NCBI GenBank assembly: GCA_013177795.1
Contig: JABLXY010000003.1
Location: 101,244 to 165,243 of the forward strand
Length of the DNA: 64,000 bases
Origin: Syntrophaceae bacterium
GTDB taxonomy: Bacteria > Desulfobacterota > Syntrophia > Syntrophales > UBA2192
Direction: 5' to 3'
Numbering within the stretch: the stretch's first letter is position 1; every line of letters starts with the position of its first letter. The notes beneath the pieces are model-generated. The model made no database searches. It saw nothing but the letters and a program-made list of their open reading frames with translations, and was not told the origin of the DNA. Below, piece after piece: positions 10,448-19,127 of this stretch. Position numbers and translations under genes: made by a program.

Positions 10448-11284
10448 ATGCGCGTTCCCTTCGACCCCGAGATCGTCGAGCGGCTCCGGAGCGCAACACG
10501 CGTGCAGGGGGAGGGGCCCGAGGGCGGCTTTGCCTTCGACCTGGACCTGTCGGCCCCCGCCCTCGCCGTGGCCGTCCATGCCGGTCACAAGGTCCGCGAG
10601 GAATTGCTGCCCCTGGTGCGGATCCCGGAACAGGACCGCCTCTTCGAGGAGGACCCGGCAACGGACCGCATGATCCGGGGCAGCGCCAACGCCGTCTGGG
10701 GACTGGATTCGAGGGCCGAGTACGATCTGAACCGTCCCCCGGAGCGGGCCGTGCCGCTGACGGCCGAGCAGTTCTGGGGCGTGCAGGTCTACAGCGCCCC
10801 CCTGCCCGAGGCCATGGTGCGCCGCTCCCTGGAAAAGCACGAGGCATTCTACCGGTTCATCGGCAGCTGCATCCGTGTCCTGCTGGAGCGCTTCGGCCAG
10901 TGCGTCGTCTACGACATCCACTCCTACAACCTCTCCCGCCAAATCGAAAAGGGGATCCGGAATCCCCCCCTGTTCAATCTCGGGACGGCGCTGCTCGACC
11001 GGCGGCGGTGGGGAGACCGGATCGACGCGTGGCTGCGCGAGCTTGCCCGGATCGAAGTCCCGGGCATCCCCGCGACGGTGGAAGAAAACAGGGTGTTCAC
11101 GGGGGAGGGTGAGCTCTGCCGCCGCCTGACGGGGTGGGACCCCCGCATCCTGGTGCTGCCCACGGAGATCGCCAAGGTCTACATGGACGAGCGCACGGGC
11201 ACCCTGGACGAGGGGCGCATCGACGCCCTGGGCCGCGCGCTGCGCGGGGCCATCGCCGCGCACACCCCGGGGGCTGACCGGTAA
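10448..11284 (+). CDS. N-formylglutamate amidohydrolase (FGase) family protein
   Basis: AVHAGH..., LDSRAEYDLNR and VVYDIHSYN resemble the FGase/HutG-family metal-site regions. Only the part of the 722-aa tracked ORF from the ATG at 10448 is non-overlapping and protein-like. Confidence 0.6.
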   Translation: MRVPFDPEIVERLRSATRVQGEGPEGGFAFDLDLSAPALAVAVHAGHKVREELLPLVRIPEQDRLFEEDPATDRMIRGSANAVWGLDSRAEYDLNRPPERAVPLTAEQFWGVQVYSAPLPEAMVRRSLEKHEAFYRFIGSCIRVLLERFGQCVVYDIHSYNLSRQIEKGIRNPPLFNLGTALLDRRRWGDRIDAWLRELARIEVPGIPATVEENRVFTGEGELCRRLTGWDPRILVLPTEIAKVYMDERTGTLDEGRIDALGRALRGAIAAHTPGADR

Positions 11285-11372
11285 ATCGTCTCCCCGCGCC
11301 CTGTTTTTTTGCTTGCATCGGCGCTTTTTCTGTGCTAGAAAAGCACCCGAAATTCGAATGGTTCCTATTCGA

Positions 11373-11397
11373 GTGGGCCCCTTTGCCCACTTTTTTA
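11373..11397 (+). terminator. Intrinsic terminator downstream of the CapA-like operon
   Basis: GTGGGC-cccttt-GCCCAC hairpin followed by TTTTTT. Confidence 0.6.
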
Positions 11398-11470
11398 TTT
11401 TAAAGACAGGCAAAAGGCCACAGGCTCGAGGGAAAAGGGCTCTTGGCCCAGGCCCTTTGCCGCAAGCATT

Positions 11471-11983
11471 ATGCAGGATGTTCATTCCTCATACCGCGAG
11501 AGGATGATCGGGCTCGTCGAGCCCGTCCTCGAGTCCGAGGGGCTCGAGCTCGTGGAGCTCGAGTGCCTGCGGATGAAGACCCGGTGGCTCGTGCGGATCT
11601 TCATCGACCGCGAGGGCGGGGCGACCCTCGATGACTGCACGGCCCTCAGCCACCAGCTGGGCGACCTGCTCAACGTGCACGATCTGCCGCCGGGGCCCTA
11701 CACGCTGGAGGTCTCGACGCCGGGGCTCGACCGGCCGCTGACCCGCGACAAGGATTTCGAGAGGTACCGCGGCTCGAGGGTCCGCATCCGGACGCGGGAG
11801 CCCATCGACGGCTCGCGGAATTTCCTGGGCACCTGCGTCGACTACGCGACGGAGGGCGGGCGCAGGGTCGTGACCCTCGACGTGGACGGCCGATCCGTCC
11901 GGATCGACCGGGAGAACATCCAGAAGGCGAATCTTGAATACGAACTGTCCGGCAAAGGGCAAAAGGCAAAAGGCAAAAGGTGA
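11471..11983 (+). CDS. rimP: Ribosome maturation factor RimP
   Basis: LVEPVLESEGLELVELE...LEVSTPGLDRPL, and position upstream of nusA. The last approximately 10 codons (GKGQKAKGKR) are encoded by a Family B repeat. The start could alternatively be the internal M at 11504. Confidence 0.85.
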   Translation: MQDVHSSYRERMIGLVEPVLESEGLELVELECLRMKTRWLVRIFIDREGGATLDDCTALSHQLGDLLNVHDLPPGPYTLEVSTPGLDRPLTRDKDFERYRGSRVRIRTREPIDGSRNFLGTCVDYATEGGRRVVTLDVDGRSVRIDRENIQKANLEYELSGKGQKAKGKR

Positions 11984-12033
11984 CAGGCGAAGAACGTTCC
12001 ACGCCATCCGCCTTTAGCCCTCAGCCCTGTGCC
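11951..12033. repeat. Family B short-period repeat element (7-nt GGCAAAA/AAGGCNN units with inverted arm)
   Basis: ggcaaag ggcaaaa ggcaaaa ggcaaaa gg ..., then a complementary arm cgcctttagccctcagccctgtgcc. Confidence 0.6.
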
Positions 12034-12056
12034 GTATTGGAACCAGGAGGTCACGC

Positions 12057-13313
12057 ATGTTTCCGGAGTTGAAACGTCTCATCGAGCAGATGGGCAAGGA
12101 CAAGGGGATCGAGAAGGAGGTCATCATCGAAGCCCTGGAGTCGGCCATCCTCACCGCGGCCCGCAAGAAGCTGGGGCCGAAGGTGGAACTCGAGTCCAAG
12201 TACAACGAGGAGGCGGGAGAGCTGGAGGTGTTCCAGTTCAAGACGGTCGTGGAGAAGGTGCTGGACCCCGAGACGCAGATCAGCCTCGAGGAGGCAAGGC
12301 GGGACCTCGACGAGGAGGCCGAGCCGGGCGACAGCCTGGGCATGAAGATCGACGCGGCCAGCTTCGGCCGCATCGCCGTGCAGACGGCCAAGCAGATCAT
12401 CATCCAGAAGGTCAAGGACGCCGAGCGCGACAAGATCTACGACGAGTACAAGGACAAGAAGGGCCAGATCGTCAGCGGCTTCGTCCAGCGCTTCGAGGGC
12501 GGCAGCATCATCGTGAACCTCGGCCGCGCCGAGGCCGTCATCCCCCCCTCGGAGCAGATCCACCGCGAGACCTACAAGCGCGGCGACCGGATCCGGGCCT
12601 TCATCGTGGACGTCAAGAAGATCTCCAAGGGCCCCCAGATCGTCCTGTCCCGCACCCACCCCGGGTTCCTGCGCGCCCTGTTCGAGCTCGAGGTGCCGGA
12701 GATCTCCGAGGGCTTCATCGAGATCGTCAACGTGGCCCGCGAGCCCGGCAACCGCTCCAAGATCTCCGTCCGGACCCTCGACAAGGACATCGACCCCGTC
12801 GGGGCCTGCGTGGGGATGCGGGGCTCCCGCGTGCAGAGCGTCGTCCAGGAGCTCAAGGGCGAGAAGATCGACATCGTCCCCTACTCGGAGGACGCCGTGA
12901 AGTACATCTGCTCGGCCCTCTCGCCCGCCAAGGTGAGCAAGGTCTTCATGTACGAGGACGAGCGGTCCATGGAGGTCATCGTGCCCGACGACCAGCTCTC
13001 GCTCGCCATCGGCAAGAGCGGCCAGAACGTCCGGCTCGCCGTGCGGCTCACGGGCTGGAAGATCGACGTGAAGAACGAGTCGATGCTCCAGAAGCAGGCC
13101 GAGGAGGGGCCCAAGAGCCTCATGAAGGTCCCCGACCTCGACGAGGCAACAGCGGAGCTCCTCTTCAAGGAAGGCTACAAGAGCGTCGCCGCCCTGTCGT
13201 CGGCGGACCCCGAGGCCCTGAAGGCCATCCCGGGGATGGACGCCGAGAAGGCGCAGGGCATCGTCGAGAGGGCCGCGCAGGTCGTGGAGAAGGATGCGGG
13301 GGGTGCCGCCTGA
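12057..13313 (+). CDS. nusA: Transcription termination/antitermination factor NusA
   Basis: N-terminal MFPELKRLIEQMGKDKGIEKEVI, S1 and KH regions (GACVGMRGSRVQ, AIGKSGQNVRLA). AGGAGG SD. Confidence 0.95.
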   Translation: MFPELKRLIEQMGKDKGIEKEVIIEALESAILTAARKKLGPKVELESKYNEEAGELEVFQFKTVVEKVLDPETQISLEEARRDLDEEAEPGDSLGMKIDAASFGRIAVQTAKQIIIQKVKDAERDKIYDEYKDKKGQIVSGFVQRFEGGSIIVNLGRAEAVIPPSEQIHRETYKRGDRIRAFIVDVKKISKGPQIVLSRTHPGFLRALFELEVPEISEGFIEIVNVAREPGNRSKISVRTLDKDIDPVGACVGMRGSRVQSVVQELKGEKIDIVPYSEDAVKYICSALSPAKVSKVFMYEDERSMEVIVPDDQLSLAIGKSGQNVRLAVRLTGWKIDVKNESMLQKQAEEGPKSLMKVPDLDEATAELLFKEGYKSVAALSSADPEALKAIPGMDAEKAQGIVERAAQVVEKDAGGAA

Positions 13314-13368
13314 GCCTTGAGAAAGGCCTCAAGCCCGGGCTGAACCATACTTTTCGGGGGTTTCGAGC

Positions 13369-15984
13369 ATGTCCAAGATGAGAGTTTACGAACTGGCCAA
13401 GGAGTTCGGGGTCGAGAACAAGGAGTTCATCGCGAGGCTCAAGACCCTTGGCATCGCCGTCAAGTCCCACTCCAGCACTCTCGAGGACAGCGAGGTCGAG
13501 CGGGTCCGCCGCGAGTTCGCCGCCAAGGGCGAGAAGGAGGTCGTCGAGAAGCGGGTCAAGTCGACGGTCATCCGCAGGCGGGCCGTCCGCCTGCCGGCCG
13601 AGGAGGCCGCCGAGGCCGCAGCCCCCGCGGCGCCGGCCGAGCCGGTGGAGAAGGCGGAGCCGGCCGAGAAGCCCGAGGCCGCCCCGCCGGAGAAGGAAAA
13701 GAAGGTCGAACAGCCCGAACCAGCCGCTGAAGCGGAAAAGCCCGCCGAGCCCCGGGCGGAGGAGCCCCCGGCCGCCGCGGCGGCGCCCGAGGCCGAGAAG
13801 GCCCCCGCAAAGCCCGAGCCCCCCGTGAAAAAGGAGCCCGACCTTTCCCGCCAGGCGCAGATCATCCGCCGGCCCGAGCCCGCCGAGAGGAGGGAAGGCC
13901 CGAGGCCCCCGGCCGCGGTCACCCCGCAGGCCCAGATCCGCAAACCCGCAGGTCCCGCGCCGGTCCATCCGCGCGGCCAGGCCGCCACGCCGGCAGGCGC
14001 GGAGGCGAGGGGTGCCGCGCCGGGCGCCGACAAGAAAGGCAAGAAGGCCGTCGAGGTGGTCATGGATTCCGTGGCCGCCAAGAAGAAGACGATGATCAAG
14101 CAGGTCATCGACAAGAAGGACAAGCGGGTCCGGCTCCGGGAGATCGAGGAGGAGGAATCCCCCCGCTGGAAGGGCGAACGCAAGGCGGCCGTCGTCAAGA
14201 TGAAGAAGACGGAGATCACGACGCCCAAGGCGATCAAGCGGCGGATCCGGATTGCCGAGGCCATCCGCGTCGGCGAGCTCGCCAAGCAGATGGGCGTGCG
14301 CGCCAGCGACGTCATCAACAAGCTGCTCGGCCTGGGCATGATGGTCACCATCAACCAGGCCATCGACGTCGATGCGGCCACCCTGATCGCCGCCGAGTTC
14401 GGCTACCAGGTCGAGGCCGTCACGGCCGAGTACGACGAGCTGATGCAGCGGGTCGAGGCCGAGCCCCGGAACCTGAAGCCCCGCGCGCCCGTCGTCACCG
14501 TCATGGGTCACGTCGACCACGGCAAGACCTCGCTGCTCGACGCCATCCGGCAGACCAACGTCATCGACGGCGAGGCCGGCGGCATCACGCAGGCCATCGG
14601 CGCCTACCACGTCCGCGTCAAGGACCGCGACATCGTCTTCCTCGACACGCCGGGCCACGAGGCCTTCACGGCCATGCGCGCCCGCGGGGCGAAGGTGACG
14701 GACATCGTCGTCCTCGTCGTGGCGGCCGACGACGGCGTCATGGAGCAGACCGTGGAGGCCATCAACCACTCGCGGTCGGCCGGAGTCCCGATCATCGTGG
14801 CCGTCAACAAGATCGACAAGCCCAACGCCACCCCGGACCGGATCAAGCAGGAGCTCGCACAGCACGGCCTCGTGCCCGAGGACTGGGGGGGCGATACGCT
14901 CTTCGCCGACATCTCCGCGAAGAAGAAGATCGGCATCGAGAACCTGCTCGAGCTCATCCTCCTGCAGGCCGACGTGCTCGAGCTGAAGGCCGACCCGGAC
15001 CGCCCGGCCCGCGGCATCATCATCGAGGCCAAGCTCGACAGGGGCCGCGGCCCGGTGGCGACGGTGCTCATCCAGGAGGGGACGCTGCGCGAGGGCGACG
15101 CCTTCTCCGCGAAGACGGAGTGGGGCCGCGTGCGCGCCATGATCAACGACCAGGGGCAGCGCGTCAAGGAGGCGGGCCCCTCCATGCCCGTGGAGGTCAT
15201 CGGGTTCTCCAGCGTCCCGCAGGCAGGCTCGGAGTTCATCGGCGTCGAGGATGAAAAGAAGGCCAAGAGCATCAGCGAGTACTGGATCCGCAAGGAGCGC
15301 GAAAAGGAGCTGGCCGCCACCTCCAAGATCACCCTGGAGCAGCTCTACCAGCGGATCAAGGAGGGCGCCAAGGAGCTCAACGTGATCCTGAAGGCCGATG
15401 TCCAGGGGTCGCTCGAGGCCCTGACCGAGGCGCTCAACAAGCTCTCCACCGACGAGATCAAGCTGAAGATCATCCACAGCTCCACGGGCGCCGTCACCGA
15501 GACGGACGTCATGCTCGCGTCGGCCTCCGACGCGATCATCCTGGGCTTCAAGGTGAGGCCCGATGCGCGCGTCGTCGAGATCGCCGGCAAGGAGGGCGTC
15601 GAGATCAAGCTCTACGACGTGATCTACAACGCCATCAACGACGTGCGGGCCGCCATGGAGGGCCTGCTGGAGCCCGAGTTCCGGGAGGTCGTCCAGGGCC
15701 GCGCCGAGGTCCGCGAGACCTTCCGCATCGTCAAGGTGGGCACCGTGGCGGGCTGCTACGTGACCGACGGCAAGATCCCGCGCAGCGCCAGCGTGAAGCT
15801 CGTGCGCGACGGGGTGGTCGTCTACGACGGCAAGATCGCCTCGCTCAAGCGCTTCAAGGACGATGCGAAGGAAGTGGCCGCCGGGATGGAGTGCGGCCTC
15901 GGCATCGAGGGCTACAACGACATCCGCGTGGGGGACGTGATCGAGGCGTACATCACGGAGCAAATCGAGAGGAAACTCCAATAG
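13369..15984 (+). CDS. infB: Translation initiation factor IF-2
   Basis: [12 protein letters not shown]-terminus, Ala/Pro/Glu-rich linker, G domain ([26 protein letters not shown]). Confidence 0.97.
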   Translation: MSKMRVYELAKEFGVENKEFIARLKTLGIAVKSHSSTLEDSEVERVRREFAAKGEKEVVEKRVKSTVIRRRAVRLPAEEAAEAAAPAAPAEPVEKAEPAEKPEAAPPEKEKKVEQPEPAAEAEKPAEPRAEEPPAAAAAPEAEKAPAKPEPPVKKEPDLSRQAQIIRRPEPAERREGPRPPAAVTPQAQIRKPAGPAPVHPRGQAATPAGAEARGAAPGADKKGKKAVEVVMDSVAAKKKTMIKQVIDKKDKRVRLREIEEEESPRWKGERKAAVVKMKKTEITTPKAIKRRIRIAEAIRVGELAKQMGVRASDVINKLLGLGMMVTINQAIDVDAATLIAAEFGYQVEAVTAEYDELMQRVEAEPRNLKPRAPVVTVMGHVDHGKTSLLDAIRQTNVIDGEAGGITQAIGAYHVRVKDRDIVFLDTPGHEAFTAMRARGAKVTDIVVLVVAADDGVMEQTVEAINHSRSAGVPIIVAVNKIDKPNATPDRIKQELAQHGLVPEDWGGDTLFADISAKKKIGIENLLELILLQADVLELKADPDRPARGIIIEAKLDRGRGPVATVLIQEGTLREGDAFSAKTEWGRVRAMINDQGQRVKEAGPSMPVEVIGFSSVPQAGSEFIGVEDEKKAKSISEYWIRKEREKELAATSKITLEQLYQRIKEGAKELNVILKADVQGSLEALTEALNKLSTDEIKLKIIHSSTGAVTETDVMLASASDAIILGFKVRPDARVVEIAGKEGVEIKLYDVIYNAINDVRAAMEGLLEPEFREVVQGRAEVRETFRIVKVGTVAGCYVTDGKIPRSASVKLVRDGVVVYDGKIASLKRFKDDAKEVAAGMECGLGIEGYNDIRVGDVIEAYITEQIERKLQ

Positions 15985-16057
15985 GTCCGTCCCGTCTCTT
16001 CCGTCGGGAGACGAGGGGACGGAAGGCCGGTCCGGACCGGACGGGCCGCAGGGATGC

Positions 16058-16411
16058 ATGGTCGGTATGGTAGTCGGCGTCGGGACCATCGAGGTGCACA
16101 TCCACGAGAGCCGCTCCCTGAAGGAGAAGCGGGGCGTGATGAAGAGCCTGATCCGCCGCACGCAGAACGAGTTCAACATCTCGATCGCCGAGGTCGACGG
16201 GCACGACAACTGGAAGCGGGGGATCATCGGCTTTGCCGTCGTGGGCAACGACCGGGTCTTCGTCGACTCGAAGATGGAGAGGGTCCTGCACTTCGTCGAG
16301 AACCTCCGCCTGGCGGAAGTCGTCAACGTGCGCAGGGAGATCACGAACTACTCCGACATGACGGGCCGGTACGACGGGGGGGCGCTGCCCGATGGATTAC
16401 AAGAGAGCTGA
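16058..16411 (+). CDS. DUF503 family protein (YlxP-like)
   Basis: VGTIEVHIHESRSLKEKR motif, and conserved position between infB and rbfA. Confidence 0.75.
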   Translation: MVGMVVGVGTIEVHIHESRSLKEKRGVMKSLIRRTQNEFNISIAEVDGHDNWKRGIIGFAVVGNDRVFVDSKMERVLHFVENLRLAEVVNVRREITNYSDMTGRYDGGALPDGLQES

Positions 16412-16760
16412 CCGGGTCGCGGACCTCATCAAGCAGGAACTCGCCGAGATTCTCCGCCGCGAGGCCCACGACCCGCGGATCGCCAACATCACCGTGACGG
16501 ATGTCCGGCTCACGGACGACCTCCGCTCGGCCCGCATCTACGTCGTCGAACTCGGCAAGGACCGCATGAGCGACGAGGTCGGGCAGGGCCTCTCGAAGGC
16601 CAGGGGCTTCGTCCGGCGCGAGCTCGGCAGGCGCCTGCAGCTCCGATACGTCCCGGAGCTGAGCTTCTTCTACGATTCCTCGTTCGAGTACGGCTCGAGG
16701 ATCGAGAAGCTGCTCAAGGCGATCAGGAAAGAAGAACCGGATGATCCAATCGATCGCTGA
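16392..16760 (+). CDS. rbfA: Ribosome-binding factor A
   Basis: RADRVADLIKQELAEIL...VTDVRLTDDLRSARIYV is a typical RbfA sequence. Confidence 0.93.
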   Translation: MDYKRADRVADLIKQELAEILRREAHDPRIANITVTDVRLTDDLRSARIYVVELGKDRMSDEVGQGLSKARGFVRRELGRRLQLRYVPELSFFYDSSFEYGSRIEKLLKAIRKEEPDDPIDR

Positions 16761-17697
16761 CATCATCAGGAGGGGCCGCCGCTTTCTCGTGACCTCCCAC
16801 GTGAGGCTCGACGGGGACGCCGTGGGATCGGAGCTCGCCCTCTACGAGGCGCTCCGGGGCCTGGGCAAGGAGGCCGTCGTCTACAACCAGGACCGCACGC
16901 CGCAGATGTACGCCTTCCTGCCCGATGCGGAGGTCATCGTGAACCGGCTGGGCCCCGTGGACGGCTTTGACGCCGTCTTCATCCTCGACTGCAGCGAGAT
17001 CGAGCGCGTGGGCGACGAGGCGCCGCGGATCGCCGGGATCCGGCAGATCGTCAACATCGATCACCACATCTCGAACGACCGGTACGGCCACCTGACGCTC
17101 ACGGACCCCGAGGCGAGCTCCACGGGCGAGATGGTCTTCCGGCTCCTCGACGCAATGGGCCTCGAGATCACGAAGGACATGGCGGTCAACCTCTACACGG
17201 CGATCCTGACCGACACGGGGGCCTTCCGGTACTCGAACACGGGACCGGGAACCTTCGCCGCCGCCGGCCGGCTCCTCGAGAAGGGGGCCGACCCGGCCTG
17301 GGTCGCCCAGAAGGTCTACGAGACCTACCCGGCGGTGAAGATCCGGCTGCTGGCCCGGGCCCTGACCACCCTCGAGTTCGACTGGCAGGGGCGGATCGCG
17401 GCCCTCACGGTATCGAAGAGCATGCTCGACGAGGCGGGCGCCGAGTGGGAGCACACGGAGGGCTTCGTCGAGTACCCCCGCTCCATCGAGGGCGTGCAGG
17501 TGGCCGCCTTCCTGAGCGAGATCGGCGAAGGGCTCTACAAGGTCAGCCTGCGCTCCAAGGGGCGGTTCAACGTCGAGGAGGTGGCCCGGAAATTCGGGGG
17601 CGGCGGCCACATCAACGCCGCGGCCTGCCGGATCGAGGGTGACGCGGAGACGGTCAAGAAGCGGCTCTTCGACGCGATCAAGAACGGTGGCCGATGA
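16741..17697 (+). CDS. DHH/DHHA1 phosphoesterase (NrnA-like oligoribonuclease / pAp phosphatase)
   Basis: DGDAVGS, ILDCS, NIDHH and GGGGHINAA motifs. Conserved position before truB. Confidence 0.85.
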   Translation: MIQSIADIIRRGRRFLVTSHVRLDGDAVGSELALYEALRGLGKEAVVYNQDRTPQMYAFLPDAEVIVNRLGPVDGFDAVFILDCSEIERVGDEAPRIAGIRQIVNIDHHISNDRYGHLTLTDPEASSTGEMVFRLLDAMGLEITKDMAVNLYTAILTDTGAFRYSNTGPGTFAAAGRLLEKGADPAWVAQKVYETYPAVKIRLLARALTTLEFDWQGRIAALTVSKSMLDEAGAEWEHTEGFVEYPRSIEGVQVAAFLSEIGEGLYKVSLRSKGRFNVEEVARKFGGGGHINAAACRIEGDAETVKKRLFDAIKNGGR

Positions 17698-18629
17698 ACG
17701 GCGTCGTCGTCGTCGACAAGCCCGCGGGGATCACCTCCCATGACGCCGTCGACCGCGTGCGGAGGATCCTGGGAGAAAAGAAGGCGGGCCACACGGGCAC
17801 CCTCGACCCGATGGCCACCGGCGTGCTCCCCGTCTGCGTCGGCGAGGCGACGAAACTGGCCGCCTTCCTCGCGGCAGACGACAAGGTCTACGAGGTCACG
17901 ATGCGCCTGGGCGTCCGGACGGACACCCAGGACATGACCGGGCGTGTGCTCGGGGAGCAGGAGCCCCGGGTGACGGAGGCGGAGATCCGGGCCGTGCTCG
18001 AGGGCTTTGCGGGAACCGTCACCCAGGTGCCGCCGCAGTACTCGGCCGTCAAGGTCCGGGGCCGGGCGCTCTACAAGTGGGCGCGCAAGGGCGTGCACCT
18101 GGTGCCCCCCGCGCGGCAGGTCGAGATCCGGGCGATCCGCCTGCGCGCGGTCGAGATGCCCCGGGTGCGGTTCGACGTGACCTGTTCCAAGGGCACCTAC
18201 GTCCGGACGCTGTGCGCCGACATGGGCGAGAGGCTCGGCTGCGGGGCCGCCCTGGAGAGCCTGCGCCGGACGGCCAGCGGCAGGTTTCGGCTGGAAGACG
18301 CCGTTTCCCTGGAGGGCGCAAGCGACGCCGCCGTCCGGGAGCGGCTCGAGCGGGGGCTCATCCCGCCGGGGCGGGCCCTTGCGGGGGTGGGGGACATCCC
18401 GGTGCCCCCGCACGTGGAGGAGCAGCTCAGGAGGGGCCGCCAGCCCGACGCCGGGGCCCTGGCGGGGCTGCAAATCCCTTCTCTTGCCGCGGGAGATGTG
18501 GTAAAGTTCACGAGCGGGTCCGGGCGCCTCGTGGCGCTGGCCCGCATGGTCGTTGCATCGGAGGATATCCCGATGCTGGGCGCCCGGGACCGGGTGGCCC
18601 GCATCCTGAGAGTCTTCACCGAGTCATGA
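17694..18629 (+). CDS. truB: tRNA pseudouridine-55 synthase
   Basis: GVVVVDKPAGITSHD...GHTGTLDPMATGVLPV catalytic Asp motif. Confidence 0.95.
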   Translation: MNGVVVVDKPAGITSHDAVDRVRRILGEKKAGHTGTLDPMATGVLPVCVGEATKLAAFLAADDKVYEVTMRLGVRTDTQDMTGRVLGEQEPRVTEAEIRAVLEGFAGTVTQVPPQYSAVKVRGRALYKWARKGVHLVPPARQVEIRAIRLRAVEMPRVRFDVTCSKGTYVRTLCADMGERLGCGAALESLRRTASGRFRLEDAVSLEGASDAAVRERLERGLIPPGRALAGVGDIPVPPHVEEQLRRGRQPDAGALAGLQIPSLAAGDVVKFTSGSGRLVALARMVVASEDIPMLGARDRVARILRVFTES

Positions 18630-18677
18630 AACGGATCGAACACAAATCATTTGTGAGCAAAGGGAGGATCAACGGAC

Positions 18678-18944
18678 GTGCTTGACGCAGAAAAGAGGAA
18701 AGAGATCATTGCCGGCTTCAGGACCCACGAGAGCGACACGGGCTCTCCCGAGGTGCAGGTTGCCCTGCTGAGCGCCAGGATCCAGTACCTGACGGAGCAT
18801 TTCAAGACGCACAAGAAGGATCATCACTCCCGCCGGGGTCTTCTGAAGCTCGTCGGGCAGCGCCGGCGGCTGCTGGAGTATCTCAAGAACAAGGACGTGA
18901 CCCGTTACCGGAAGATCATCGAAAGGCTCGGTCTCAGGAAGTAG
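18678..18944 (+). CDS. rpsO: 30S ribosomal protein S15
   Basis: GTG start; [37 protein letters not shown]. Confidence 0.95.
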   Translation: MLDAEKRKEIIAGFRTHESDTGSPEVQVALLSARIQYLTEHFKTHKKDHHSRRGLLKLVGQRRRLLEYLKNKDVTRYRKIIERLGLRK

Positions 18945-19127
18945 AGCCGGCGGCGGCGCCCGCAACCGCCGGCCCGATTGCATCCCGGGTCAGGCGTCCG
19001 CCGCGGCATTCCCGGCCGAAGCATCGGGACGGGCCCGTTCAGGACAGGGGATCCGTCTGCCCTGCGGGTTCCGCCGGGTGCACGCGCGCAACATCAATCG
19101 AGTCATCAGCAAGGAGATAGAAAGCGT

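Noticed and set aside
6150-11397. tRNA-Gly-associated genomic island containing the acyltransferase and the CapA-like operon.
   Set aside because: There is no integrase and no direct repeat of the tRNA 3' end downstream (I looked in 11284-11470). By eye there is no change in base composition or codon style relative to flanking core genes.
13165-16344. 1059-aa minus-strand ORF antisense to infB (there are similar cases at 8463-10847, 19257-21275 and 57842-60289).
   Set aside because: It overlaps unmistakable conserved genes (IF-2, PNPase, the FeS oxidoreductase). It has low-complexity Arg/Gly/Asp/Leu-rich translations and no SD-linked starts. These are artefacts of high GC content.
18978-19127. 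50-codon N-terminal extension of the pnp ORF (and the analogous extensions of murA at 3194-3439, prfA at 1174-1233 and hisD at 4745-4792).
   Set aside because: The extensions are non-homologous to the respective families. The internal starts give canonical N-termini, and for pnp the start also follows a good SD.
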